Positions 31,794-41,733 of a DNA stretch of 64,000 nucleotides are shown piece after piece. How positions within the stretch are numbered: the first letter of the stretch is position 1; the number at the start of each line of letters is the position of its first letter. Origin of the DNA: Spirochaetia bacterium. Lineage in GTDB: Bacteria > Spirochaetota > Spirochaetia > SZUA-6 > Bin103. Made by a program: the position numbers and the translations under genes. Under the pieces are notes generated by a model, which worked only from the letters and a program-made list of their open reading frames with translations, had not been told where the DNA came from and searched no databases. The stretch covers positions 3,008,001 to 3,072,000 of the forward strand of contig OZ241863.1 of the NCBI GenBank assembly GCA_965203055.1. Reading direction: 5' to 3'.

Positions 31794-33611
31794 TCACTGG
31801 CTGGCGACCAGGGTACCGTCGCGCCCGACGGCGAGGAGCCGGGAACCGTTCCAGGCAACGCTCAGGAGCGGAGTCGGGATCACGGGACCGGCCGCCTGCG
31901 CCCAGGAGATGCCGTCGCTGCTGTGCAGCACCACCGCGCCGGTGTATGCGCCGTCCCGGTCTTCGGTCTCGCCGACGGCGACGAAGCGCGTCCCGTTCCA
32001 GATCACGTCGTAGAGAAAGTGAGTCACCGGGGAGGGACTCGCGGTCCAGTCGATCCCGTCGCTGCTGCGCAGGATCGTGCCGCCCTCCCCGACCGCGACG
32101 AACTGCGCGCCGCCCCAGGCGAGGCCGTCGAGAATGTTCTCCGTCGGCGAGGCCGCCGCCGTCCAGTCGCTGCCGTCGCCGCTGTAGATGACCGCTCCGT
32201 CGAACCCTACCGCTACGAAGCGGGAACCGTTCCACTCCACGTCGGTAAGGTGGCTCGACACCGGGCTGGCGGTCTCGCTCCAGTGCACGCCGTCGTCGCT
32301 GCGCAGGATGATGCCGTCGCCGTCGCCCCAGTTCCCGCCCACGGCGACGAAGCGCGCGCCGTCGGTGGCGACCGCCTGCAGCGGTACGGCCTTGTCCGGC
32401 GTCGCCGCGGCCGTCCAGACGATCCCGTCGCTGCCGTACAGGATGGTGCTGCCGCGCCGCCAGTAGCCGCCGACCGCGACCAGGCGGGCGCCGTCGCCGG
32501 CCACGTCGAACAGCCGCTCCGAGGTGGGGCTGACGGCCGCGGTCCAGGCGCTGCCGTCGCTGCTGTAGGCGATCGTGCCGTCGAACCCCACGGCGATGAA
32601 CCGGGAGCCGGTCCAGACCACGGCCTCCGGCAGGTTCACCACCGGCTTGGCCGCGGCCGTCCAGACGATCCCGTCGCCGCTATGCAGGATCGTGCTGCCC
32701 ATCCCCACCGCCGCGAAGCGGGCGCCGCTCCAGGCCACGCCCCACAGCGGCTCCGGCGTCGGGACAGCGGCTGCGGTCCAGGTCGTGCCGTCGTCGCTGT
32801 AGAGCGCGGCGCCGTCGAACCCGACCGCGACGAAGCGCTCCCCGCCCCAGGCGGCGCCGTAGAGCCAGGAGGTAACCGGCGTGGCGGCGGGCACCCAGAC
32901 GACCCCGTCGGCGCTGGACAGGATCACGCCGTTCGTCCCCGCGGCGAGGAAGCGGGAGCCGGCCCACGCCACGCTGTTGAGGCGCACCGCCGTGGGGCTG
33001 GGCACCGCGCGCCAGGCGCTGCCGTCGCCGCTGACCAGCACGGTGCCGTCCAGGCCTACCGCGACGAAGCGCCCGCCGCCCCAGGCCACCCCGCGCAGAT
33101 CGTGTTGCGTCGGATTTGTGGCGGCGGTCCAACTGCGGCCGTCGCCGTATACGATCACCCCGTCCGAACCGACCGCCGCGAAGCGCCCGCCGCCCCAGGC
33201 CACGGCGCGCAGATTGACGTCGGTCGGGCTCGGCGCCGCGGTCCACGCCAGCCCGTCGCCGCTGCGCAGCGTCACGCCGCGATTGCCTACCGCGACGAAG
33301 CGCCCGCCGCCCCAGGCCACCCCGCTCAGCGTGTCATGCACCGGCGCGGCGGCCTTCGCCCACTCGATCCCGTCGCTGCTGTGCGCGATGCCGCCGAACG
33401 ACCCGACCGCGACGAAGCGCGCGCCGTTCCAGACCACCTCCCGGAAATGGGACGAGGCGCCTTCCCGCATGATCCTCCAGTCGCCTTCCGCCTGCTGCCC
33501 GCTGGTCTCCGCATACCCCGCCGCGGCCGCCGCCAGCATGATGGCCAGCGGACCAATGATCTTCAGGAAAGAGAGCCGCGGCGCTGCGGAGCGCGCTCGC
33601 GCCAAGTCCAT
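31794..33611 (-). CDS. Exported BNR/Ycf48-like repeat beta-propeller protein (~14 repeats); start uncertain
   Basis: Signal peptide then ~40-aa repeats L..VAW.G.RFVAVG..G.I..S.DG..W. Confidence 0.85.
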   Translation of the reverse strand: MDLARARSAAPRLSFLKIIGPLAIMLAAAAAGYAETSGQQAEGDWRIMREGASSHFREVVWNGARFVAVGSFGGIAHSSDGIEWAKAAAPVHDTLSGVAWGGGRFVAVGNRGVTLRSGDGLAWTAAPSPTDVNLRAVAWGGGRFAAVGSDGVIVYGDGRSWTAATNPTQHDLRGVAWGGGRFVAVGLDGTVLVSGDGSAWRAVPSPTAVRLNSVAWAGSRFLAAGTNGVILSSADGVVWVPAATPVTSWLYGAAWGGERFVAVGFDGAALYSDDGTTWTAAAVPTPEPLWGVAWSGARFAAVGMGSTILHSGDGIVWTAAAKPVVNLPEAVVWTGSRFIAVGFDGTIAYSSDGSAWTAAVSPTSERLFDVAGDGARLVAVGGYWRRGSTILYGSDGIVWTAAATPDKAVPLQAVATDGARFVAVGGNWGDGDGIILRSDDGVHWSETASPVSSHLTDVEWNGSRFVAVGFDGAVIYSGDGSDWTAAASPTENILDGLAWGGAQFVAVGEGGTILRSSDGIDWTASPSPVTHFLYDVIWNGTRFVAVGETEDRDGAYTGAVVLHSSDGISWAQAAGPVIPTPLLSVAWNGSRLLAVGRDGTLVASQ

Positions 33612-33794
33612 CACTGCTGTGTGCAAGAAATCCTCCGTCGGGACCAGTAACGGCCAGCGCGGCCAGCGCCGGCAGCGGCAATTGCCGGCCGCGCACCTAT
33701 CTTGAAGAAAATGCACCAGCCATGCAACTATGGAGAAACCATGAGCCACGTCAAAGAGCTCAAGCAACACAGCCGACAGGAAGCGCAGGCAGGG

Positions 33795-34928
33795 ATGTCG
33801 GACAACGGCGCATCGGCAGGTCCGCGACCGCGGCTGAAGAGCGTCAAGGTCAAGGGGTTCCGGTCCATCAAGGAGATGGATTTGGAGATGCGGCCGCTCA
33901 ACGTCTGCATCGGCGCCAACGGCGCAGGAAAGAGCAACCTCATCGCGTTCTTCAAGCTGATAAACGAAATGATGGGCGGACGACTCCAACAATACTTCGG
34001 CACGACCGGACGGGCCACCGCCAATCTGTACTTCGGACCCCGCATAACTCCGCAAATGGAGGTGGAGCTGGACTTCGAGGTCGATAGAGGAACCAACGCG
34101 TACCGCATGAGGCTCGTTCACGCGGCCGATGACTCGGTGATCTTCGCCGATGAGTCGGTCTCCTTTCACCAGGAAGGCCATGATCTGCCTCAGCTAATGT
34201 CGTTGGGCGCCGGGCATCAGGAGACGCGTATCAGAGAGGACTCGATATACGATCCTCTCCCGAATACCCTGAGGCACCTATTGAGTCACTGCCGCGTGTA
34301 CCACTTCCACGATACGTCGCAGACTGCGCGCGTTCGCCAGTACTGTTACGTTGAGGACAGTAAGTGGCTCATGCCCGATGCAGCGAATCTTGCCGCCGTT
34401 CTCCATCGGCTGAAGACCGAGAACGAGCTGGTCTACCGGCAAATCGTGAGGAACGTGAAACAGGTAGCGCCGTTCTTCGTGGACTTCGATCTCCAGCCTT
34501 CCGGGCGCAACAAGACCGACATCATTCTCAACTGGAGACATAGAGATTCCGATCTGGTATTTGGGCCGCATCAGCTATCCGATGGCACCTTGCGCGCAAT
34601 CTGCCTGATCGCGCTGCTACGGCAGCCACACGAGGACTTGCCGTACCTGATCGTGGTTGACGAGCCGGAGCTCGGTTTGCACCCGCATGCGCTCGACATG
34701 ATCGCTTCGTTTTTTCAAGCCGCGAGCGAGCACGCCCAAGTGCTCATCAGCACGCAGTCCAGCGCGTTCGTCGACGCCTTCGATCCCGAGGACATCGTGG
34801 TGGTCGAACGAGACTGCGAAGCCACGACATTCACGCGACCCGACGCCGAGAAACTCGGCGCGTGGCTGGAAGACTACTCGCTCGGCGAAGTATGGGAAAA
34901 GAACGTCATAGGCGGCGGACCGCACTGA
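33795..34928 (+). CDS. ABC-type AAA ATPase (AAA_21/AAA_15); start may be 33741
   Basis: GFRSI, IGANGAGKSN, LSDGTLR signature, DEPELGLHP, STQS. Confidence 0.9.
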   Translation: MSDNGASAGPRPRLKSVKVKGFRSIKEMDLEMRPLNVCIGANGAGKSNLIAFFKLINEMMGGRLQQYFGTTGRATANLYFGPRITPQMEVELDFEVDRGTNAYRMRLVHAADDSVIFADESVSFHQEGHDLPQLMSLGAGHQETRIREDSIYDPLPNTLRHLLSHCRVYHFHDTSQTARVRQYCYVEDSKWLMPDAANLAAVLHRLKTENELVYRQIVRNVKQVAPFFVDFDLQPSGRNKTDIILNWRHRDSDLVFGPHQLSDGTLRAICLIALLRQPHEDLPYLIVVDEPELGLHPHALDMIASFFQAASEHAQVLISTQSSAFVDAFDPEDIVVVERDCEATTFTRPDAEKLGAWLEDYSLGEVWEKNVIGGGPH

Positions 34929-35614
34929 TGCCCCGGCTCCACCTGTTCGCCGAGGGCCGTACGGAACAGGTCTTCGCTACCCAGGTGCTGCAACCGCACT
35001 TGGCGAATTTCGACGTGTGGCTGCATAATCCGATGTTGGTGGCTCACGCGCGTAAGAAGGGCCGCACCCATCGCGGGGGAGGCCGGCATTTCGAGCCAAT
35101 GCAGAACGACATCATGCGGCGCCTCAAGGAGGACGCCAACGCCGACGTGTACTTTACGACGATGGTCGATCTGTACGCATTGTATAACGACTTTCCTGGG
35201 CGCTCGGAGGCAGAGAAGGTGCGTGCCGATCCCTATAAACGTGTGGCGTCGCTCGAAGAATCATGGCGGAAGAAGACCGCGGACAATCGCTTCATCCCTT
35301 ACATTCAGTTGCACGAGTTCGAAGCGTACCTGTTTGCCGACGTGTCGAAGTTCGCCGAGTGGCAATGCCCGATCCCTGCAATCACCGCGTTGCAGAACGT
35401 GGTTAACGAGGCGAAGTCTCCGGAGAGGATCGACGACGGGCAACACACCGCGCCATCCAAGCGGATTATCGCCCGGTTCGGTAAGTACAAGAAATTGAAG
35501 ACCACCATAGGCCCGCAGATGGCAGAGATGATCGGCTTGTCGGCCATCAGGGCGAAGTGCCCTCACTTCCACGAATGGATCAGGCGGTTGGAGCGGCTCG
35601 GAACCGGCGTGTAA
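34928..35614 (+). CDS. DUF4276-family (TOPRIM-like) protein
   Basis: FAEGRTE, TTMVDLY, YIQLHEFEAYLF, PERID...TAPSKRI, CPHF..WI..LE; TGATG coupling to ATPase. Confidence 0.82.
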   Translation: MPRLHLFAEGRTEQVFATQVLQPHLANFDVWLHNPMLVAHARKKGRTHRGGGRHFEPMQNDIMRRLKEDANADVYFTTMVDLYALYNDFPGRSEAEKVRADPYKRVASLEESWRKKTADNRFIPYIQLHEFEAYLFADVSKFAEWQCPIPAITALQNVVNEAKSPERIDDGQHTAPSKRIIARFGKYKKLKTTIGPQMAEMIGLSAIRAKCPHFHEWIRRLERLGTGV

Positions 35615-35617
35615 CGG

Positions 35618-38443
35618 TCATGAACGCGCCGCGGCGGCGAGGAGGTCGTGGACGTCTTCGGGGGTTCTCGACACGGCGCATGACCAGCGGCCGAAGCCGC
35701 CGTGGTCGGTTACGGCGGCGCACCACTCCTTGAGATACGTGCGTTTGGCGCGGTCGCCGTCGCGGTCCAGGCCCTTCACTTCCATGACCAGCATGTCTCC
35801 GGTCGTGAGCCGGATCAGGAAGTCGGGGCGGTACTTGCGGACCACGCCGCGGTGCACGTAGAGCACCTCGAAGCCGAGATGATCGTTCTTCACCCAGGCG
35901 TCGACCGCCGGGTGGTGGTCGAGGGCATAGGCTTCCGATGCCTCCCAGGCGCTGTCGTACACGCACAGGTTGACGTGGCTGCGATCCGTGTGTTCGCACG
36001 GCTTGCCGGTGTACCAGGTGAGCATGTCGCCGGTCGAGCGGATCGGGTGATCGCGGTCGAAGATCGGCGCCAGCCGTTCCGCGTTCTGGAAGCGGATCGC
36101 CTGCAGGAGATGCTGCACGACCTTGGTCATGTTGAGCATCAGCATGAGCCGCCGCTTCACCGCGTCGCAGGCGAACGCCGCCGGTTCGATCACCACCCGG
36201 TCCGACTGGAGCAACTGCTCAGTGAGGCGCACCAGTTGCGCGACGAGCGCGGCCCGGTTTCCGCGCCAATCCGGCCGCATCTCGTCGTAGACCTGCTGCG
36301 CGGTCTCGAACACGATGCTTTGCAGACGGCGCTTCCGCGCCAGACGTTGCAGGTCGATCGTCGCGATCCTGGTCAGGTCGGGCTTGCCCTCCACGACCGG
36401 CGCCAGCTCCGCGACCCCGGCGGTCTGCGCCGCGGAGAGCGCCAGCGGTTCCACGTCGTCCCAGTCCACGGTCAGATGCGGTCTGAGCACGCGGTCGACG
36501 CGCACCACGTTTGGCCACGAAAGCGCGAACCGCTCCTTCTCCCGGACCGGTTCGATGGCGGTCTTCGGCAGCGGCGGCGGCGGCACCCCGGCCCGCGACT
36601 CGTGCGGCAGGAACGTGAACGGCACGCCGAAGACGTTCACGTACTCCGGCTCCAGCAGGCCGGTTTCGTCGCTGACGTCGTAGGCGGTGCGGCGCAGCCC
36701 GCGGCCGATCACCTGTTCGCACAGCAACTGGCTGGCGAAGGCGCGCAGGCCCATGATGTGGGTCACGGTCTTGGCGTCCCACCCCTCGGACAGCATGCCG
36801 ACCGAGATCACGTTCTGTATCCGTTCGCCGGGACCGCCGGCGCGGCCCACCGTATCGACCTGCCGGCGCAGCAGTTCGGCCCGCTGCCGGGCGTTCAGCC
36901 GGCGCCTTTGGCCCGCTTGACCGCCTGCCTCGTCCTGCGCGCCGGGACCGCCGGCGTCCGCGCCATCTTCGCCGACGGCCGCCAACGGCTCCGCGGCGGC
37001 CTCGGCTTCGGCCAGCGTCTTCGAGTCGATATGCAGCGTGCGCTCGGGATCGCACAGCTCCGCGATGCGGATGCTGCCGCGCGCGAACGCGTGCCGGACG
37101 CGCGCCGCGGTCTCGGTGCGGTTGGCGACGGTGATCATCGCCGGCGGCGTCGGGAACCCCAGCGCCGCCCACTGCCGGGCGGTCTCGCGCCAGTCGTACC
37201 CCAGGAAGTAGTAGCCGTTCAGCACCAGGTCCGGCAGCGGGTCGGTAGGCGCGGCCCGGCGGTTCAGGTCGTCCCTTACCTCCGGGTCGTTGTAGATGTG
37301 GTAGAAGCGGGAGCGGTAGGTCCGCGCGTCGGGCGCCGCATCGTCGCGCACCACCACGCGCGGCGTCTTGACCAGACCCGCCTCGATGGCGTCGTTCAAT
37401 CCGAAGTCGCTCACGATCCAGTCGAACAACGCCTCCTCGGAGCTGCTCCTGCCGGACGGCACGAACGGCGTGGCGGAGAAGTCGTAGCAGCGCAGGATGC
37501 CGCGCGCGCGGTGGATGCGGTCGAGGCCGCCGATCCACTTGGTGGCGGTTTCCAGGTCGGCCTTGGCGATGCCCCTGGTCGCGGACTGTTCGGAGATGCG
37601 CCAGGCGTGGTGCGCTTCGTCGTTGATGACCAGCAGGTCGCGGGCCGCGGCGAGGTCGCCGAGTACCGCGCGGACGTAGGCTTCGTCGCTCACGGCGCCG
37701 CGCTTGTCGACGCTGCGCCGCCGCGCGACCTGCGCCTCGGTCTCCCAGTTGAGCGCGTGCCAGTTGCGGACCACGACCCGGCCCAGGCGCAGCTTGTCGA
37801 GCAGCGCGGACGGGACGATGCGGAACTGCCGGTAGTAGTTGTCGGGGTGCGGCGGATCGAGGACCGCCAGCCGGCTCTTGACGGTGAGGCCGGGCGCGAC
37901 CACCAGGACGTTGCGGGAGAACCGGCGGTCCTGCGGATAGGCGGCCTTGTTCAGCACCTGCCAGGCGATGACCATCGCCATGACCACGGTCTTGCCGGTG
38001 CCGGTCGCCATCTTGGCGCACAGCCGGGGGAATGCGCCGCCGTCGCCGGGAACGTCGATGCCCACCCGGTCGGCGGCCGGCGCCTCGCGCAGCCACATCA
38101 GGGTCTCCACCGCCTCGAGCTGGCAGAAGAAGAACCGGCGCGAATCGAACTCCTCCGGGTCGGTCCAGTGCGCGAGCAGCCGCCGGGTCACGGTGGAGGC
38201 GCCGGGGTAGCCGGCGGTCCGCCATGCCTTGACGCGCGGGCGGATGGCGTTGACCAGCGGAATCTCGACCGTGACGCCCGGATCGTCGAACGCCCGCGAG
38301 TCGGGCGAAGCGATGACGTATCCCGCCGGCCGGCGGCCCGGCGCCAGGTCGAACAGCCGCGTCGCCCGGTCGTACCGCCAGTGCCGCGCCGGCTCCTCAT
38401 ACGGCGAGTTGACCGTCAGCCGGTCGATGGTGGTTTGCGCCAC
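35618..38443 (-). CDS. Type III restriction-like helicase/endonuclease (Res; BPTD_3080-like)
   Basis: FFCQLEAVET, KMATGTGKT, NDEAHH, SATP, EQVIGRGLRR, C-terminal PDF...EVKG nuclease motif. Confidence 0.9.
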   Translation of the reverse strand: MAQTTIDRLTVNSPYEEPARHWRYDRATRLFDLAPGRRPAGYVIASPDSRAFDDPGVTVEIPLVNAIRPRVKAWRTAGYPGASTVTRRLLAHWTDPEEFDSRRFFFCQLEAVETLMWLREAPAADRVGIDVPGDGGAFPRLCAKMATGTGKTVVMAMVIAWQVLNKAAYPQDRRFSRNVLVVAPGLTVKSRLAVLDPPHPDNYYRQFRIVPSALLDKLRLGRVVVRNWHALNWETEAQVARRRSVDKRGAVSDEAYVRAVLGDLAAARDLLVINDEAHHAWRISEQSATRGIAKADLETATKWIGGLDRIHRARGILRCYDFSATPFVPSGRSSSEEALFDWIVSDFGLNDAIEAGLVKTPRVVVRDDAAPDARTYRSRFYHIYNDPEVRDDLNRRAAPTDPLPDLVLNGYYFLGYDWRETARQWAALGFPTPPAMITVANRTETAARVRHAFARGSIRIAELCDPERTLHIDSKTLAEAEAAAEPLAAVGEDGADAGGPGAQDEAGGQAGQRRRLNARQRAELLRRQVDTVGRAGGPGERIQNVISVGMLSEGWDAKTVTHIMGLRAFASQLLCEQVIGRGLRRTAYDVSDETGLLEPEYVNVFGVPFTFLPHESRAGVPPPPLPKTAIEPVREKERFALSWPNVVRVDRVLRPHLTVDWDDVEPLALSAAQTAGVAELAPVVEGKPDLTRIATIDLQRLARKRRLQSIVFETAQQVYDEMRPDWRGNRAALVAQLVRLTEQLLQSDRVVIEPAAFACDAVKRRLMLMLNMTKVVQHLLQAIRFQNAERLAPIFDRDHPIRSTGDMLTWYTGKPCEHTDRSHVNLCVYDSAWEASEAYALDHHPAVDAWVKNDHLGFEVLYVHRGVVRKYRPDFLIRLTTGDMLVMEVKGLDRDGDRAKRTYLKEWCAAVTDHGGFGRWSCAVSRTPEDVHDLLAAAARS

Positions 38444-38455
38444 TACCCCGGTTCC

Positions 38456-38764
38456 CTACTCATAGATGGTCTCTGCCGACTCCAGTATCGCCCGGCGGCG
38501 CAGGTGATTGCGGCTGCGCTCGACGCCGCGGCGGCTGACGAGATCGACGTCCCGTCCGAATAGCGAGCGGAGTTCTTCCTCCATTTGGTGCAGGTCGAAC
38601 AGCGTGTGGCGTGCGCTTTCGTCCAGGCTGACCAGCACGTCGACGTCGCTTTCGGGTCCGAAGTCTTCGCGGAGCACCGAGCCGAACAGCGCGAGCTCGA
38701 CCACGTTCCAGCGCTTGCAGAACTCGGCGAGCGCGGCGCGGTCCAGCGGTATCGCCTCGATCAT
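38456..38764 (-). CDS. Minimal nucleotidyltransferase (MntA-like antitoxin), no HEPN partner
   Basis: LFGSVLREDFGPESDVDVLV...FGRDVDLV. Confidence 0.88.
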   Translation of the reverse strand: MIEAIPLDRAALAEFCKRWNVVELALFGSVLREDFGPESDVDVLVSLDESARHTLFDLHQMEEELRSLFGRDVDLVSRRGVERSRNHLRRRAILESAETIYE

Positions 38765-38774
38765 GTCGTCTCGG

Positions 38775-41354
38775 TCATGGCCGTGACGAACCGTTGAGCG
38801 GGATCACCTTCAGGCTTTCGATGCCGCGGTCGTCGACGATCTTGACCGCGGCCCGCTCGTGGGCGCCCGGCGCGAACGGCAGGGAGACGGTGCCGTGGTA
38901 GGCGGCGATCAACCGCTCGTCGATCTCGGTGCGGAGGCTGCGGGCGAGGCGCTTCCAGCCGTCGCGGGGGGAACCGGCCATGGGGAAGAAGACCTGGCGC
39001 GGAAACAGGCTGCGGCCGTCGTAGTCCGGGTCCAGCATCCACAAGGCGATGCGGTCGCCGCCGCCCGATTCGAGGCCGCCGGTGCGGGTGTTGTAGTAGT
39101 CGAACCCGTGCACGGCGACGCGCAGCTTGCCGGCGTGCTCGCCCGCCTCGATCCGCTCGACTTCGACTTCCGGCTGGCCGATCAGCCAGAAGCTCTCGTT
39201 GCCGGCGCGCTTGCGCTTGAGGTCGTCGGTCAGCAGGTCGGCGTTCATCTGCGCCTTGAGCAGGGTGACGCTCGGCCAGTTGGTCTCGTCGATGTCCTTG
39301 GCGGCTTCCGGGTCGAACTGGAAGGCGGCGAATACCAGGACGGTCGGCCGCGGCACCAGCGTCAGCGATTCCTCCAGGGCGCGGGTTACCTGGCGCTGCT
39401 CCAGCGGCGCGTGGTCGGGGCCGAACGAGACCACCGCCCGTTGCGCGTGATAGGCGGTGCCGGTTTCGCGGACGCGGTCCGCCCCGGAGGAGTCCGGGCG
39501 CGTGTCGCCCTCGGCGTGCAGCCAGCGGGTGCCGGGCAGCGGCTCGACCCGCGCGAAGGAGATGCGCTGGCCGGCCTTGCCGCGGATGCCGGTCTTCAGC
39601 AGCTCGTCGCGCCAATCGCCCTGCCGCAGCGTCTCGCCGGAGCGCGCGATCGACTCGTCAGCCGGCTGCTGCGGCGCTTCCAGCTCGTCGAGCGGCTGAA
39701 CGGTTGGCGCGGGGACCGCCTCGACGGTGAAGGGGCCGGTGACGCGCGCCTTGCGCCGGTCCGGTTCCGGCTGGTCGTAGAGGATGGTCTCGACGGGCGG
39801 CTCGTCGTAGCCCAGGATTCTTGGCGAAACGGTGGCGACGCTGCGGTAGCGGAGCCCTGAGCCGATCCCTTCGTCGGGATGGGCCAGCTCGTAGTAGTCG
39901 AAGTTCGCGGTCATCAGCCGCTGGCGGGCGATGGCGACGGCCACGCGCGAGGTGTCGCAGGTGATCCACCGGCGGCCCCACTGCTCCGCGACGTACGCGG
40001 TGGTGCCGGAACCGCAGGTCGGGTCGAACACCAGATCGCCGGGATCGGTCGTCATGAGGATGCAGCGCTGAATCGCCTTGGCGGCGGTCTGTACGACGTA
40101 CCGCTTGTCGGTGGGGGACATCGGCGCGGCCCAGATGTTGTTGATGCGGCGCCCGGGCACTTCGTCTTCGTACCGCTTCCACATGAGCGAAGATTGCCCT
40201 TCCAGCGCTTCCAGCCGTCCCAACTCGGCCAGTCGATCCATACCGGCCGCGGAAATCGCCCAGTGGCGATCTCGACCACAACGAAAGACTCGTCCGTTCC
40301 ATTCGTACGGTTCGGAACGCCCGGTCGTGGAGACACCCTGCGAATCGAGCGGCATGCGCCGGTAGATACGTGCCCTTTTCGGAAGATTCTCGTCCGGGTC
40401 GAAACACTCTTCGGGCGTCGGTTTACGACAATGGCCGTCCGGCAACTCGACCATGACGTGCCAACTGAAGGATTCGATCACCTCGGCGCGCGTGAGCAGC
40501 TCGTACAACTGGCGGTACTTGGTATGCTTCCGGTCCTTGGCGTACCACAACAGATAGTCGGCGACCTCCGACAACGTCGTCGTCGAACTGGCGCCGGTCG
40601 TGGCGTACGAAATCGTCGCCATCCGGTTTTCGGCGCCGAAGATCTCGTCCATGACGAGGCCGGCGCGGTGCACGTTCTCGGGACCGATCTGCACGAAGCA
40701 GCTTCCGCTCTCGTGCAGCAACTCGCGCGCCAGCAGCAGGCGGTCGCGGAGATAGGCGAGATAGGAGTGGATGCCGAGCTCCCAGGTATCGCGGAAGGCG
40801 CGGATCTGCTCCGGTTCGGACGTCAGGTCCGCGTCCCGGCCGTCGGTGACCTCGCGCCGGTTCACGAACGGCTGGAAGTTGGAGCCGTAGCGGATGCCGT
40901 AGGGCGGGTCGAGGTAGACCGTCTGCACCCGCCCGCCGAGCCCTTCCTTCTCCAACAGGCTGTTCATCACCAGCAGGCTGTCGCCGGCGATCAGGCGGTT
41001 GCTCCAGTTATGCCGGTGGCGGTAGAATTCGATCGCCTGTCGGATCGGCGGGTTCTCCTCGGGCGCGTCGAACAGCGAGCGCTGCCCCTCCGCGCCGTTG
41101 CGCCGGCGCACCGCCTCGACCACGGTGCGCGGGTCGATGCGCTCGTGCACGTGCAGCGAGACCGTCGGCACCGTGAACGAGGTGTGCTCGGCCTTCCCCG
41201 CCCAGTCGAGCCGCGGCTCCAGGTGCGGATCGTAGGCGTAGGCCGCCGCCCCCGCGTCCCGGTCGGTCTCCGGCGTCACCAGCCCCACCGGCGGATTGTT
41301 CGCCCGCTCCTCGGTATGGGCGTAGCTCTCGATCTCCCGCTTGCTCTTCGCCAT
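38775..41354 (-). CDS. Site-specific amino-methyltransferase (type III Mod-like, beta class)
   Basis: NRLIAGDSL, DPPYG (motif IV) precedes DPTCGSGTT (motif I). Confidence 0.92.
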   Translation of the reverse strand: MAKSKREIESYAHTEERANNPPVGLVTPETDRDAGAAAYAYDPHLEPRLDWAGKAEHTSFTVPTVSLHVHERIDPRTVVEAVRRRNGAEGQRSLFDAPEENPPIRQAIEFYRHRHNWSNRLIAGDSLLVMNSLLEKEGLGGRVQTVYLDPPYGIRYGSNFQPFVNRREVTDGRDADLTSEPEQIRAFRDTWELGIHSYLAYLRDRLLLARELLHESGSCFVQIGPENVHRAGLVMDEIFGAENRMATISYATTGASSTTTLSEVADYLLWYAKDRKHTKYRQLYELLTRAEVIESFSWHVMVELPDGHCRKPTPEECFDPDENLPKRARIYRRMPLDSQGVSTTGRSEPYEWNGRVFRCGRDRHWAISAAGMDRLAELGRLEALEGQSSLMWKRYEDEVPGRRINNIWAAPMSPTDKRYVVQTAAKAIQRCILMTTDPGDLVFDPTCGSGTTAYVAEQWGRRWITCDTSRVAVAIARQRLMTANFDYYELAHPDEGIGSGLRYRSVATVSPRILGYDEPPVETILYDQPEPDRRKARVTGPFTVEAVPAPTVQPLDELEAPQQPADESIARSGETLRQGDWRDELLKTGIRGKAGQRISFARVEPLPGTRWLHAEGDTRPDSSGADRVRETGTAYHAQRAVVSFGPDHAPLEQRQVTRALEESLTLVPRPTVLVFAAFQFDPEAAKDIDETNWPSVTLLKAQMNADLLTDDLKRKRAGNESFWLIGQPEVEVERIEAGEHAGKLRVAVHGFDYYNTRTGGLESGGGDRIALWMLDPDYDGRSLFPRQVFFPMAGSPRDGWKRLARSLRTEIDERLIAAYHGTVSLPFAPGAHERAAVKIVDDRGIESLKVIPLNGSSRP

Positions 41355-41475
41355 CCCCGTCCCGCATCCAGTCTACGCCAACCCACGAACCATCGGGTAG
41401 AGTCGCGCCGGCGTCCCGCTCAGCCATGCCGGCCGCTGGAGAACTGCGGGGGTGACCAAGCTCCTCGGCGTGTCG

Positions 41476-41733
41476 TCAGGTCCCGTCGCCGCCTGCCGCG
41501 GCCGCGCCGTTGGGTTGGCTCTTGAGCTTCTGATACTCCTGCTCGCCAATTCCGGTCGCCCGCTCGATCAACGACCAGTCGACGCCGGTCCGCAGGAAAC
41601 CGTCGATCGTCTCCAACCGCCCCTCGCGCTGGCCGTCGCGGTGCCGCTGTTCGGCAACCGCTCGCATCTCGTTACGCATCTGGTCGCGCATCTGGTCGCG
41701 CCCTTCCTGGCGCAGCCGCTCGCCGCTCGTCAT
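41476..41733 (-). CDS. Putative internally initiated Rpn C-terminal small protein (85 aa)
   Basis: GGAGGGGAG RBS before ATG ACG AGC; intact to stop; 4-aa repeats. Confidence 0.55.
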   Translation of the reverse strand: MTSGERLRQEGRDQMRDQMRNEMRAVAEQRHRDGQREGRLETIDGFLRTGVDWSLIERATGIGEQEYQKLKSQPNGAAAAGGDGT

